Source: Paraphysomonas bandaiensis (taxonomy: Eukaryota > Protista > Chrysophyceae). Taken from it: a DNA stretch of 64,000 nt. The translations under genes and the position numbers were made by a program. Of the stretch, positions 62,529-64,000 are shown one piece after another (position 1 is the first letter of the stretch; each line of letters opens with the position of its first letter). The notes under the pieces were generated by a model that saw nothing but the letters and a program-made list of their open reading frames with translations, searched no databases and was not told where the DNA came from. The DNA is taken from the NCBI GenBank assembly GCA_965644295.1, contig CBFFRP010000377.1:186001-250000 (forward strand), given 5' to 3'.

Positions 62529-63574
62529 CCTTGACTGACTTCTTCTTCAGCGTAACAAAAATAGGAAATTATTTACTTTTTCGTACAGTTAGGAAGAATA
62601 ATACTGATATCAAGAGAATAAAAGAGGAGTACATATGGTGATATTATAGGACCACAAAGAATTCAAGTGAGTATAGAATTAACCTGGTGGTTATGTTTAC
62701 ATTTTTATTTATTATTATTTGCATAACAAATAAAAAGGTTTTTAATTTCCGATTGGAATAGTGTTGCTGGTGGGACGGACTTGTACATTCGATAGTATTT
62801 GATTGGTTTGTATATCAATGCGTGGTATGTAACTTCTATACCGTACATGATGAAATGCATTTTTCATTTATTACTTATTACTTACTACTGACTTATAGCT
62901 AATAGCTACGACAAGTCATTTTTGTGGCTGTGACATATGTCCGCTTCGTAATCGTTCCCTGTTACACGATAAAATACCCCTTTGATCTACTCAGCGCGTG
63001 TACTGAAATTCCTCTTCCTTGTAGTTTTCGACGATGTGCGTATACGAGAGATGCTCTCTGCTATCTGTTATGCAACCGACGTTGCCAGCTAACTGGGTGC
63101 GCCAGGCGGTCAGCCAGGCTTGTCTTGTTGACTTTTATTGCATCATACGTTTTTACTGGGTAAGTTCAGCACCTTTCAGAAAGTCAGAAAGTACAAGCTA
63201 AGGAGATTCTGCTGCATTGCTATCTCGTAGACATAGGATATGTCAAAGAATGAAAAAAGTTTGACTGTTCAATCAGAACACTTAATTATACAATTAGATA
63301 AGTCTTATTCTGGACTCTGGACAACGACTACATGATATGCGATACAATGTACACGGGCACCGATATAACCAGATATCATCCACTATCTAAAAAGTGATTT
63401 GAGGCTGACTGCACGCAATCAGATTCCAGAACCCACATTCAATTGCTATGCTGTAAGGCCCGAACGATGAAATCACACAACAAGGAGCATCAATCAAATA
63501 AATAACCTTCTCGCACACACATTTCGAGAACTATATCCTGCTTTTTACGACTTTTTACGATTTCGAAATACATC

Positions 63575-64000
63575 TCACGTTTGAACATCGTTTTCGTCCT
63601 CTCCTAGTACTCCAAATACTCCCGATATGGTTGACATTCGGACTGATGAAGAGTTCGTCTGGTCCTCATCATGCTCATCATCGTGCCCCCGAGGAGTAGA
63701 AAGATTGGGCGCGGAGTGTCTGTTAGTTAAGGTGTTTATCTTACGTCCTCCACCCCGACCACGGCTGACATTCATAGGTCTCAAAGATATGGATCCCAGC
63801 GCCACTCGCTTTCGTTGTTTTTCCTCACTTTCGTCGGATATATCACCATCGCTAGAGGACTTGCGCACAGAGGACTTAGTTTCGTCAGCACCATGAGGGG
63901 TATGGATATGTCCTACTTTTGAACTGCTAGGTGCTGCAATAAAAAATTACGACAACACGTCAAAAGTAAAAGTAAACTTAATACCTGTAGAGATCGATAT
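63575..64000 (-). CDS. Part of an unidentified gene extending beyond the window (low-complexity, Ser/acidic-rich exon)
   Basis: Coding-like open frame with intron-like flanks. No recognisable motif. Confidence 0.4.

Overview
This is eukaryotic genomic DNA with compact genes and short (~45-60 bp) spliceosomal introns. The gene and transposon repertoire suggests a stramenopile-like protist (inference). There are about 13 host genes: agmatine deiminase, MECR, a PPN1-like metallophosphoesterase, an IQ/Ser-Pro repeat protein, a RhoGAP, DDX19/Dbp5, a Cys/Met PLP lyase, a full-length Dicer, centractin/ARP1, METTL6-like, NOM1, DUF389 and a P5A ATPase. Most sit in head-to-head pairs. The window also holds three recent, TSD-bounded Ty1/Copia retrotransposons, all with non-TG..CA LTR ends. 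It further contains a multi-copy ~470-510 bp non-coding element with 13-16 bp TSDs, hAT- and Tc1/mariner-type MITEs, and long (TATG)n arrays. The best candidate for a new system is the intact Copia at 2635-7622. It has no tRNA primer-binding site. Instead, the 15 nt next to its 5' LTR are the exact reverse complement of a 15-mer in the middle of its own LTR. This is the geometry of Tf1-type self-primed reverse transcription, which I know only from Gypsy-class elements. The same element has CG..CG LTR termini, an apparent D-D-D integrase triad, and sits inside a (TATG)n microsatellite.
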